Shown: piece by piece, positions 46,729 to 56,213 of the stretch
Layout of the letters: each line of letters begins with the position of its first letter
Position numbering within the stretch: position 1 is the stretch's first letter
Origin: Muribaculaceae bacterium
GTDB taxonomy: Bacteria > Bacteroidota > Bacteroidia > Bacteroidales > Muribaculaceae
Assembly: GCA_029063895.1 (NCBI GenBank)
Contig: JAIDNJ010000057.1
Span: 4,896 to 68,895 of the forward strand
Direction of reading: 5' to 3'
Length of the DNA stretch: 64,000 nt
Program-made: the position numbers and the translations under genes
The notes under the pieces: generated by a model
Database searches by the model: none
What the model was told of the DNA's origin: nothing
The model's input: only the letters and a program-made list of their open reading frames with translations

Positions 46729-49700
46729 ATGAAATTAAGAATCACATTTCTGCTGATTGCTCTGATTGGTCTGATGTCTGCAAGGGCTCAGAACATATCT
46801 TGGAGCGGAACGGTTGTCGACCGTGAAGGTGAGCCTCTTATCGGTGTTAGTGTCGTCCCAGTCGACAATCCTGCGGCCGGTACGTCAACTGACATTGACG
46901 GTAAATTCCACATTCAGGTCGCTGTCGGTTCTAATGTCAAATTCTCGTATGTTGGTTTTAATACCAAAATTATCAAAGTGGCTCCCGGAGAGAACGACAT
47001 CAACGTGGTCCTCGAAGAGAGCTCGACCGATCTTGACGAAGTCGTGGTTATCGGCTACGGCGTTCAAAAAAAGAAGCTGGTTACCGGCGCCACCACCCAG
47101 GTAAAGGGTGAAGATATCGCCTCGCGCAACACGGTATCGGCTATCGGTGCTCTTCAGGGTCAGACTCCGGGTGTCAACATCACCAGCCTCGGTGGTAAAC
47201 CTAATTCAGGTTTCAAGGTGAACATCCGCGGTGTCGGAACAAACGGAGACTCCAATCCTATTGTGGTTGTCGACGGTCTTGTGGGTTCGCTCTCCAATCT
47301 TGCCGAGCTTAACCCCAACGATATCGAGAGCCTCGACGTGCTCAAAGATGCTGCTTCGACTGCGATCTATGGTGCGCGTGCTGCCAACGGTGTTATTCTC
47401 GTTACAACCAAACATGGAGCCGAGGGTCGCACCAACATCTCTTTTGACGCTTATGTGGGCTGGCAGAACATTGCAAGCCGTCCCCAGATGCTCAATGCAA
47501 AAGAGTATATGTACATCTATGATGTAGCCCGTATGTATGAAGGCAATGCTCCCATGAACTGGCAGAGTATTGTTCCTGGAAATGTTTGGGAAAATCTCGA
47601 AAACGGCTGGGAAGGTACCGACTGGCTCGACCTTCTCATCGGTAAGAATGCACCCCAGCAGAGCTACAATTTCGGTGTGTCGGGCGGTAGTGCTATGGGT
47701 TCATACGCTATCGGTCTCGGTTATACCTCTCAGGAGGGCGTGATGTTGCGCGACTATCTTGATTCCAAATTTGAGCGTCTCAATGCACGCATCAACAGCG
47801 ACTGGAATCTTATCAAGGTTGGCAAACGCAATCTTCTCAAGTTTGGTGAGAACCTCATGCTTTCCTACACCAATTCAAACGGTCTCAACGCTATCAGCAC
47901 CGGCGGTGCATGGAGCAACACTGTCCGCACGGCTCTGAAGGCTTCGCCCCTCATGCCCGCTTTTGATGACGAAGGCAACTTCACTCCCGGAGCAAGCTGG
48001 CTCAATGACTCCCAGCAAAACCCGCTCCGTGCCGCTACCCGCGGTGGTGCCGACCAGAACAACAGCAAGGGTTACTCGGCACGCGGTAACTTCTATCTCC
48101 AGCTTGAGCCCATAGACAACCTCGTGCTTCGAAGCACTCTCGGTTTCGGCTACTATGGCAGCACTTCGCGCAGCTACAGCGAGCCTTACAATGACGGCGT
48201 GTTTGGATCGGCTACTCTCGACCAAATCAACCAAAGCTCGAGCAACGACTATGCATGGTCTTGGGAAAACACAATCGCCTATAACTTCAAGGTGAACGCA
48301 AACAACATTTCGGCCCTTCTCGGTATGTCGGCCGAAAAATGGGGACTGGGCGAGGGCGTCTCGGCCATGCGTACCCAAAATACATTTGGTGACTGGCTTC
48401 ACGCATATGTTGGCAACGGTACACCTATCGCTTCTCAGAGCGACTGGGGTAACGGAGGCTGGCCCAGCGGACGCGGCGCCATCAACTCTTACTTCGGTCG
48501 TTTAACCTATGACTATGACAGCCGCTACATGGCAACTGCAACTCTCCGTGCCGACGGTTCGTCAAACTTTGCCCGCGGTCACCGCTGGGGTTACTTCCCC
48601 TCGTTCTCGGCCGGATGGAACATCGACCAGGAAAATTTCATGGAATCGACCCGCGACTGGCTCAATCAGCTTAAACTTCGTGCAAGCTGGGGTCAGAACG
48701 GTAACTGTAACATCGCCAACTTCCAGTATCTCGCTACAGTTTGGGTAGGTGGTGCCGACTACTTCTTTGGCAGCGACAAATGGGGTAAGGAAATCGGCTC
48801 ATATCCCGACAAAATCGCCAATCCCGACCTGACTTGGGAACGCTCGGAACAGTGGAACGTCGGTATCGACACCCGCTTCCTCAACACCCGTCTCTCTTTT
48901 GTGTTTGACTGGTATCGCAAAATAACCAAAGACTGGCTCGTAAGCGCTCCTATCCTTGCTTCTTACGGTACAGGTGCCCCGACAATCAACGGTGGTGACG
49001 TTCGTAACCAGGGTATCGAGCTCGGTCTCAACTGGAATGACAAGGCCGGTGACTTCAGCTATTCGGTAGGTGTAAACCTCGCCTACAACACCAACAAGGT
49101 GACCCGTCTTGCCAATGACTCGGGTACAATCAATGGCCCCGGCGACGCAGTGCTCCAGAACTCAGGCTTTATTTCGCGTATCGAGGTTGGCGAGCCCATC
49201 GGTTTCTTCTATGGCTACAAAACCCTCGGTGTGTTCCAGAATCAGGCCCAGATTGACTCATATGTCGATGCTAACGGTGACAAAATCATGCCTCAGGCAG
49301 TGCCCGGTGACGTGATTTTCTATGACCGTGACGGCGACGGACAAATCTCGGATAACGACAAGATGAATATCGGTGACCCCCACCCCGATGTTACTCTCGG
49401 TCTCAACCTCCAGTTCTTCTACAAAGGCTTTGACCTCGGTGCCAACTTCTATGGCGCGTTCGGACAGCAGATTGCAAACTGCTACCGTGACCACAACACC
49501 TCGGGCTTTGACAACTGGACATATTATCTTGCAAGCAATGTATGGACCGGCGAGGGCACCAGCAACCGCTATCCCCGCCCCTCGACATCATCAAGCATCA
49601 ACTGGTCTTATATCTCTGATGTATTTGTCGATGATGCCGACTACTTCCGTCTCCAGAGCCTCACATTCGGTTACGACTTCAAGTCGCTTTGTCCCCGTAT

Positions 49701-49887
49701 GCCTCTCGGACAGTGCCGTCTTTACGTGAGCGCTAACAATCTCTTTACCATTACCAAATACAAAGGCTTTGACCCCGAAATCGGTACTGACGGTAACTGG
49801 GGCGGTACAGCCTGGGTACAGGGTGTCGACCAGGGTTTCTATCCCACCAGCCGCACATTCCTCGTTGGTGTAAACCTCAAATTCTAA
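46729..49887 (+). CDS. SusC/RagA family TonB-dependent outer-membrane transporter
   Basis: It has an N-terminal carboxypeptidase-regulatory-like domain (GTVVDREGEPLIGVSV), a TonB box/plug (DEVVVIGYG), a length of 1052 aa and a terminal F. Confidence 0.95.
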   Translation: MKLRITFLLIALIGLMSARAQNISWSGTVVDREGEPLIGVSVVPVDNPAAGTSTDIDGKFHIQVAVGSNVKFSYVGFNTKIIKVAPGENDINVVLEESSTDLDEVVVIGYGVQKKKLVTGATTQVKGEDIASRNTVSAIGALQGQTPGVNITSLGGKPNSGFKVNIRGVGTNGDSNPIVVVDGLVGSLSNLAELNPNDIESLDVLKDAASTAIYGARAANGVILVTTKHGAEGRTNISFDAYVGWQNIASRPQMLNAKEYMYIYDVARMYEGNAPMNWQSIVPGNVWENLENGWEGTDWLDLLIGKNAPQQSYNFGVSGGSAMGSYAIGLGYTSQEGVMLRDYLDSKFERLNARINSDWNLIKVGKRNLLKFGENLMLSYTNSNGLNAISTGGAWSNTVRTALKASPLMPAFDDEGNFTPGASWLNDSQQNPLRAATRGGADQNNSKGYSARGNFYLQLEPIDNLVLRSTLGFGYYGSTSRSYSEPYNDGVFGSATLDQINQSSSNDYAWSWENTIAYNFKVNANNISALLGMSAEKWGLGEGVSAMRTQNTFGDWLHAYVGNGTPIASQSDWGNGGWPSGRGAINSYFGRLTYDYDSRYMATATLRADGSSNFARGHRWGYFPSFSAGWNIDQENFMESTRDWLNQLKLRASWGQNGNCNIANFQYLATVWVGGADYFFGSDKWGKEIGSYPDKIANPDLTWERSEQWNVGIDTRFLNTRLSFVFDWYRKITKDWLVSAPILASYGTGAPTINGGDVRNQGIELGLNWNDKAGDFSYSVGVNLAYNTNKVTRLANDSGTINGPGDAVLQNSGFISRIEVGEPIGFFYGYKTLGVFQNQAQIDSYVDANGDKIMPQAVPGDVIFYDRDGDGQISDNDKMNIGDPHPDVTLGLNLQFFYKGFDLGANFYGAFGQQIANCYRDHNTSGFDNWTYYLASNVWTGEGTSNRYPRPSTSSSINWSYISDVFVDDADYFRLQSLTFGYDFKSLCPRMPLGQCRLYVSANNLFTITKYKGFDPEIGTDGNWGGTAWVQGVDQGFYPTSRTFLVGVNLKF

Positions 49888-49893
49888 ATTTCT

Positions 49894-51693
49894 ATGAAAC
49901 TTAAGAATATTTTCTGTGGCCTTATGGCTACTGCGGCCCTCACCGGCTGCTCAGACAGCTTCCTTGACACTGATAACCTCACGTCAAAGGACTCAAGCAA
50001 CTTCCCGGCAAACATCAGTGATGCCGAGGAGATTATCACCGGTATCTATCGTCCGGTTATGGGTGACTCGGATGCACCCCAGAACAACGTTCTCTTTGTC
50101 GCCGAGCTCATGAGTGACGAGCGACTCGGTGGCGGCGGTCGTGACGACGCCCAGCCCCAGTCGGTTGCAAGCTACATGAAAACAAGCGACAACCAGTATT
50201 CGGGCCTTTGGGGACGTTGCTATCAGGGTATTTACCGCTGTAACTACCTGCTCGCTTCCGACGAACTCATCGACTGGGATGGCGATGAAGAGACACGCTC
50301 ACGCATTCTTGGCGAGGGTCACTTCATGCGTGCCTACTATTACTTTGATTTGCTTCGTCTTTTTGAAAACGTGCCGATGCCCCTCTCTCCCGAACCTGTC
50401 AACCTCCCTCAGACCCCCGTTGACGAAGCCTACGGTATTGTAGCCGCTGATCTCCTCAAGGCAATAGAATTGCTTCCTGCAACTCGTCATGCCGGTCTTA
50501 ACGGTGTTGGCACTGACGGCCACGCAACCCGTTGGGCTGCCGAGGCACTCCTTGCCCGCGTCTACCTGTTCTATACCGGTGTATATGGCAAGCAATCAAT
50601 CACTCTTCCCGAGGAAACCGGTACTCTTGAAAAGGCAGCTGTTGTTGCTCATCTCGAGGACTGTATCAAAAACTCGGGTCACGACCTCGCTTCAAAATTT
50701 GGAGACCTCTGGGCCTACTCGGCTGCCGGTGACTACTGGCTCAACGAGAAATATGGCTACAACTGGCTCGGCGACTGCGACGCCTGGGCCGGATGGGAAG
50801 GCAAGACTGCCGGTTATCGTGATAACCCCGAGCCCATCTTCAGCATCAAGCACGCCTACGGTGCCCAGTATTATGGCCGTAACCTCACAGCCCTTTTCTT
50901 CAGCCCGCGTTATCAGGATGCCGATAACCCCAACTCGGACGGTGACGGCTGGGGTGGTGTATATCCATTTGGAACAGGCTGGGGTGGTGGTACAATCACT
51001 CCCGACATCTGGAATACATGGCCTCAGAACGACCCCCGACGCAAGGCTTCTATTCTTAATGTCGATGACCCTGAAGAAATGCTTCCCGACGGACGTCACA
51101 TGATTTATCATGACAATGGTGGTCACCAGGTTGAGGATACCCACATGTTCAACAAGAAATATATAGCAATCAACGTCCACTCGACCACAATGGAGTCAAA
51201 AGACCCCCAGAACGGTCCAGGTGCGGTGGCTCTATACTGGTATTGCTATCCCGAAATCATGGCTACCGACAACGACTACATGTCGTGCAACTTCATGGAT
51301 GAGGTCGCAATCCGCTTTGCCGACGTTCTCCTTATGCACTCCGAGCTCACCGAGACCGCTGACGGTATCAACCGTGTGCGTAACCGTGTAGGTCTTGATC
51401 CCGTTGCTTACAGCGAGACCAATCTCCGCAACGAACGTCGTTGGGAGCTTGCATTTGAAGGTATTCGTTTCTTCGATATCAAACGCTGGGGGCAGCTCTC
51501 GCTTGTCGACGCCCACCGTTCAAATATCGAGTGCTGGTGTGACGGTGCCCTCCGCACTATCTCGGTCAAGATGCGTCCCGAAACCAACGGCTGGCTTCCC
51601 ATCCCCGATGATGAAATCCAGAAGTCTGAAGGTGTTCTCAAGCAAAATTCAGGCTGGGGAACTTCAGAGGGTAACTTTAAATCTCCTTATTAA
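49894..51693 (+). CDS. SusD/RagB family nutrient-binding outer-membrane lipoprotein
   Basis: It has a lipoprotein signal (LTGC), lies immediately downstream of susC, and carries a C-terminal RRWELAFEGIRFFDIKRW motif. Confidence 0.9.
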   Translation: MKLKNIFCGLMATAALTGCSDSFLDTDNLTSKDSSNFPANISDAEEIITGIYRPVMGDSDAPQNNVLFVAELMSDERLGGGGRDDAQPQSVASYMKTSDNQYSGLWGRCYQGIYRCNYLLASDELIDWDGDEETRSRILGEGHFMRAYYYFDLLRLFENVPMPLSPEPVNLPQTPVDEAYGIVAADLLKAIELLPATRHAGLNGVGTDGHATRWAAEALLARVYLFYTGVYGKQSITLPEETGTLEKAAVVAHLEDCIKNSGHDLASKFGDLWAYSAAGDYWLNEKYGYNWLGDCDAWAGWEGKTAGYRDNPEPIFSIKHAYGAQYYGRNLTALFFSPRYQDADNPNSDGDGWGGVYPFGTGWGGGTITPDIWNTWPQNDPRRKASILNVDDPEEMLPDGRHMIYHDNGGHQVEDTHMFNKKYIAINVHSTTMESKDPQNGPGAVALYWYCYPEIMATDNDYMSCNFMDEVAIRFADVLLMHSELTETADGINRVRNRVGLDPVAYSETNLRNERRWELAFEGIRFFDIKRWGQLSLVDAHRSNIECWCDGALRTISVKMRPETNGWLPIPDDEIQKSEGVLKQNSGWGTSEGNFKSPY

Positions 51694-51714
51694 TCATACC
51701 AACGATTACTCAAT

Positions 51715-52659
51715 ATGAAACTCAAGAATATTTGCAGCATGGGTCTCATCGCCATGCTTCTGATGGGCGCTACATCGTGTCTTGACACTCATGTATCAGA
51801 CGACCATGATGCTTTTGCCAACATTGACGCCGATGCCGATGCCCTTGCGGGTAGGCTGGCTCCGAAATTTTACTATGAGAACGGAACCAACCACTCCAAC
51901 AAGGTACGTGTCTACAATAATTCAGGTTATGACTGCCGTCTTGACTACATTGTGGGAACGGTTATGCTCGGTCACGGTACCGACAATTGTGCCGAGGTTG
52001 TAGTTCCTTTCTCGGGTGACCTTGTGTTCACTGCCACTGTACTTTGTGAAGGTGCACTTGTACCGGTTGAGATACCCGTTCGGGTTGAAGACCTTGACTC
52101 AGACCTTGACCCGCTCTTTGTTGCTCTCTCGGGAGGTTCGTCGGAGGGACGCACATGGCAATGGTGGGCCGATGAAGAGAACGGTTCTTATTCTTACATC
52201 GACGGTTCGTGGGGATGTGTCGGTGGTGGCGGTTACGGCTGGTCGCCCACCGGTCCCAACTGGGTTTGCTACGGTATTGGTATGGCCGACGAATGGACAG
52301 GCCAGCTCATTACAATGGACGAATGGGTTAAATTTGACCTCGATGGCGGTCCGAATGTCACTGTTCATTACAGCGACGGTACCGAAGCCAAGGGTACATT
52401 TGCTCTCACCTCGGGTACTACTCCCGAAAAAGCCGCTCTCGGTTGGGTTGCTACCATGAAACTTACAGTGCCGCTGCCCCACCAGATTACCGATGGTCAG
52501 TACAGCTGGTATCTTGACCTGCCTGCCGAGTTTGACGTGGCCATGCTTGATGACGAACACCTCATTCTCATCGCCCCCGGTGGTGGTGGCGCTCATGTCA
52601 TCTGTGATGACAGCTGGGGTATCTCATCAACTCACTGGACCTTTAAGGTAAAAAAATAA
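51715..52659 (+). CDS. Surface lipoprotein of unknown function (SusE/F-position protein)
   Basis: It has a lipoprotein signal MGATSC and occupies the position after susD. No catalytic motif is visible. Confidence 0.5.
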   Translation: MKLKNICSMGLIAMLLMGATSCLDTHVSDDHDAFANIDADADALAGRLAPKFYYENGTNHSNKVRVYNNSGYDCRLDYIVGTVMLGHGTDNCAEVVVPFSGDLVFTATVLCEGALVPVEIPVRVEDLDSDLDPLFVALSGGSSEGRTWQWWADEENGSYSYIDGSWGCVGGGGYGWSPTGPNWVCYGIGMADEWTGQLITMDEWVKFDLDGGPNVTVHYSDGTEAKGTFALTSGTTPEKAALGWVATMKLTVPLPHQITDGQYSWYLDLPAEFDVAMLDDEHLILIAPGGGGAHVICDDSWGISSTHWTFKVKK

Positions 52660-52681
52660 GATAACTCTTTCTCATGAATAA

Positions 52682-52720
52682 ATGCGTGCCCGGTCAATGG
52701 GTCGGGTACGCATTTTTTTC
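52682..52720 (+). terminator. Intrinsic terminator
   Basis: The hairpin ATGCGTGCCCG-GTCAATGGGT-CGGGTACGCAT is followed by TTTTTTT. Confidence 0.6.
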
Positions 52721-52760
52721 TATCCGTACTTTATTTATCACATTCTTTTAATTCTATTCC

Positions 52761-55190
52761 ATGTTGCCGACACGTAAAATAGCTTTAAGTCTGATAGCCT
52801 TGACGTTATCGGCATCTGTTTGGCCGGAATGCGATGCCGGCTTTGACGATGCTTTGCAACGATCGGGTTATCTTCATTCACCTCTTCATAATACAACCGG
52901 TATATCACTCGAAGACGAGGCTGCATCCAAGCTTGTGTTCGACTCGATGATTCTTGACGGCCAATGGAACGTGACCGGAAGTCATGCTTCAAAAGTTGAT
53001 GGAGACACCATGGCGATGCTGGTCAATTTTGATACCGGTAATTTACGTGCTAAAGGCTCGCCTGATGACCCTGACTATGCTACATATGGAAATGCAGTGG
53101 CTGTGCTTGACCTCGGAGGTGTTTCGCTCGACCGCTTCAACCGCTTGTGTCTGGTTATAGAACCGCTGTGTCCCGGACTGAGGGTTGTCAACATAAATCT
53201 GTCATTCAATAACCGATATGAGGCGACCAAAGGTTTCAATCGCCCTACCGGATCCCATCTTATACAGCTTTCCAACGGTGCTGTGAACCGTTGCTATCTC
53301 GAGATAGCCGACTTTCGTCGTGACTGTGTCGACAATATCGCGCTTAGTGTATCGATCAACGGCCGTGACCTGCCAATAGCTGCCGATGTGTTGTTCCGTA
53401 TTCATTCAATCTCGGCCCAGAAAGTAGATAAAACTGAAAAAGTGAGCGGGTGGATTCCCGATGCCGACCATATCATCTATTCTCAGAGCGGCTACCTCGA
53501 TTCCGATACCAAAACTGCCATTTGCCACCGGTCACTTGCCGGTAAGCAGTTCAGTATCATCAATAACGATGACAATACGATTGTCTTCAGCGGCAAAATT
53601 TCCAAAGACAAGACAACGGTTGGTGAGTTTGGTGTCATCGATTTCAGTAGCCTGACCCGCCCCGGAAATTATTGTATCAAAACAGATAATATAACGACTG
53701 CACCGTTTGCCATCTCGGATAACAGTTTGTGGACTCCGTCATGCTGGAGAGTACTCAATTTTATATTTTGTCAGCGCTGCGGATATGCAGTGCCGGGAGT
53801 CCATTCCTTATGCCACACCGATCTTTTCAGCTGTCACAATGGTTTGATGCGCCCCTATTCGGGCGGATGGCATGATGCCGGTGACCTTTCGCAGCAAACG
53901 CTTCAGTCGGCCGATGTCAGCTATGCTCTGCTCGAACTATATGAACACCGCAAGGACACCGACCCGATACTTGCCGCCCGTCTTCGCGAGGAAGCGTTGT
54001 GGGGTCTCGATTTTGTGTTGAGAAATCGGCTTGGCGACGGTTATCATGCCAGCAGTATGGGCTTACTCATCTGGCAGGACGGTATTGTTGACAGTCATGA
54101 TGATATCAGGTCGGTGCGTGTCCAGAATCTCCCCTTTGACAACTATCTCTATGCAGCCTATGAGGCTTATGCCGCCCGTGTGCTCGACGATGGTACCGAT
54201 CCCGAGATGGTCAGGTATTTAAAGAAAGTGGCGGCCGAGGATTATGATTTTGCATGTGACGGCTTCAAATCAAAAGGTTTTGGCGGATGGATCAGTCCCT
54301 ATGAACATACTTATTGTACGAGCGAGTGCCAGTTTATGGCCACAGCATCGTGGGCGGCTTCCCAGCTTTTTGCCTTGACCGGCGACTCCCGCTATGCCGA
54401 TGATGCCCGCCGTCATGCCGATTATGTTATATCGTGTCAGTGTGACAAGCCGGTTGGCAAGGACAAAATATGCGGATTTTTTTATCGCAATCCCGATCAC
54501 CGCTCGGTGGTACATTTCATTCATCAGAGTCGCGAACAAATTTTCATGCAGACATTTGCCGAATTGTGTCGCACTCAGCCCGGTCATGCCGACTGTGACC
54601 GCTGGCGACAGTCTATGGCCGCTTACGGTTCATATATCAAATACCTGATGAGATACACGTTGCCCTACGGCATGATTCCCGCCGGAATCTATCGTGATGA
54701 CGAGCCGCTTGATACCGATGCTTTTTTTGCCGTACATCTGTTTCCACCCGAAGATGCTCCACAACAGTTTAAATCCCAGGCATCTAAAGGTATATCGGTG
54801 GCTCCGGGATTTTTTGTGAAACGTTTCCCTGTATGGTTCAATATCTTTAACGGTAATCTGGCAATCCACACGTCAATGGGAAAGGCTGCGGCTATTTGTG
54901 GCAACGTGCTTCATGACCCCGAGCTGATGACAATAGCGCGTGAACAGCTTTACTGGATTGTGGGTAAAAACCCTTTCAATCAGTCGCTTATTTATGGCGA
55001 AGGAGCACGCTATCCATCGCTCAACAATTTTTCATCGGGCGAGATTGTCGGAGCGATGCCGGTGGGTATCCGTTCGCTCGGCGACAGCGATGAACCTTAT
55101 TGGCCCCAGATCAACAACGCCTGTTACAAGGAGGTGTGGCTCACATCGGCCGGAAAATGGCTTTCGCTTGTGGCCGAGACCGATGCCTGA
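52761..55190 (+). CDS. Glycoside hydrolase family 9-like protein
   Basis: GGWHDAGD matches the GH9 signature region. The fold appears to be (alpha/alpha)6-type with a long N-terminal extension and a signal peptide. Confidence 0.7.
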   Translation: MLPTRKIALSLIALTLSASVWPECDAGFDDALQRSGYLHSPLHNTTGISLEDEAASKLVFDSMILDGQWNVTGSHASKVDGDTMAMLVNFDTGNLRAKGSPDDPDYATYGNAVAVLDLGGVSLDRFNRLCLVIEPLCPGLRVVNINLSFNNRYEATKGFNRPTGSHLIQLSNGAVNRCYLEIADFRRDCVDNIALSVSINGRDLPIAADVLFRIHSISAQKVDKTEKVSGWIPDADHIIYSQSGYLDSDTKTAICHRSLAGKQFSIINNDDNTIVFSGKISKDKTTVGEFGVIDFSSLTRPGNYCIKTDNITTAPFAISDNSLWTPSCWRVLNFIFCQRCGYAVPGVHSLCHTDLFSCHNGLMRPYSGGWHDAGDLSQQTLQSADVSYALLELYEHRKDTDPILAARLREEALWGLDFVLRNRLGDGYHASSMGLLIWQDGIVDSHDDIRSVRVQNLPFDNYLYAAYEAYAARVLDDGTDPEMVRYLKKVAAEDYDFACDGFKSKGFGGWISPYEHTYCTSECQFMATASWAASQLFALTGDSRYADDARRHADYVISCQCDKPVGKDKICGFFYRNPDHRSVVHFIHQSREQIFMQTFAELCRTQPGHADCDRWRQSMAAYGSYIKYLMRYTLPYGMIPAGIYRDDEPLDTDAFFAVHLFPPEDAPQQFKSQASKGISVAPGFFVKRFPVWFNIFNGNLAIHTSMGKAAAICGNVLHDPELMTIAREQLYWIVGKNPFNQSLIYGEGARYPSLNNFSSGEIVGAMPVGIRSLGDSDEPYWPQINNACYKEVWLTSAGKWLSLVAETDA

Positions 55191-55230
55191 CTACATGCTT
55201 TAAATCAACTATTTATAAAAACCAATTATT

Positions 55231-56040
55231 ATGAACAGGATTAAAACCATATTGTTGGCGCTTGCCGTGCTGTTGTCAGTGCAGGCATTTGCCCAGGATG
55301 CCGGTTATCCGGCCAATTATGCTCGTGCCCCACGTTTTAAAGCGTTGCTTTTCTATTCCGATACAGCCGAGGAAGCTCACGTTCAGTTTGCACATCAGGC
55401 AATCGATTTCTTTACACGTCTCACCTATGGTGACGGCTACATACTTGACACTACAACCACTCTCGAGGGATATGACTATGAACGTTTGAGCGGTTATAAT
55501 GTGATGATTGTAATCAATGCCGCCCCCGAAGGGCAGGCTCAGCGTGCCGCATTTGAACAATATATGGAAAACGGAGGTGGATGGCTCGGTTTTCACGCGG
55601 CGGCCTATAACGATGCATCGACCAACTGGCCGTGGCTCAACAAATTTCTTGGCTGTGGAAAATTTTACTGCAACAACTGGCCACCCCAGTGCGTGTTACT
55701 CGACGTTGAAAAGAAAGATGACCCCGTGATGCGTAACATCCCGGCATCGTTTGTCGCTCCTGAGAGCGAATGGTATCAGTGGAATCCGTCTCCGAGACAA
55801 AATCCCGATGTTGATATATTGGCCTCGATATCGTCTCTTAATTATCCTCTCGGCATCAAGGATGTCATCAGTCACGGTGATTTTCCCGTTGCATGGCGTA
55901 ACCGCAATTACCGCATGGTTTACCTTAACTATGGTCACGGAGACCGCGAGTTTACCGATGCCACACAAAACCTGCTCACTCTTCAGGCATTCCGATATGT
56001 CGTGAGCCTTGACCCCAAAGGCAATCCGTTTGAAAAATAA
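55231..56040 (+). CDS. ThuA-like domain protein (secreted)
   Basis: It has a signal peptide. GGGWLGFHAAAY parallels GRGGWIGFHHATL in the GH18 fusion. Confidence 0.7.
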   Translation: MNRIKTILLALAVLLSVQAFAQDAGYPANYARAPRFKALLFYSDTAEEAHVQFAHQAIDFFTRLTYGDGYILDTTTTLEGYDYERLSGYNVMIVINAAPEGQAQRAAFEQYMENGGGWLGFHAAAYNDASTNWPWLNKFLGCGKFYCNNWPPQCVLLDVEKKDDPVMRNIPASFVAPESEWYQWNPSPRQNPDVDILASISSLNYPLGIKDVISHGDFPVAWRNRNYRMVYLNYGHGDREFTDATQNLLTLQAFRYVVSLDPKGNPFEK

Positions 56041-56213
56041 CCGTTTTCTCATTTATAGGTAGTAGGAACGTGCCTTTGGTTGGTAATGGATATGAATAAC
56101 TGAAAACCGGTAATTGAACACCAAGGGCGCGTTCCCTATTATTTGATAGGGTTCCTGTTTGATAATCAGTCTCTCACGATGATTATAGGCTATTTTTTTG
56201 TAATTTTGTGCAT

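Noticed and set aside
56201-56208. A TAATTTTG box only 6 nt upstream of the GH3 ATG at 56214.
   Set aside because: It matches the -7 consensus but would imply an essentially leaderless transcript. It cannot be distinguished from chance in this AT-rich spacer, so it is not listed as a feature.
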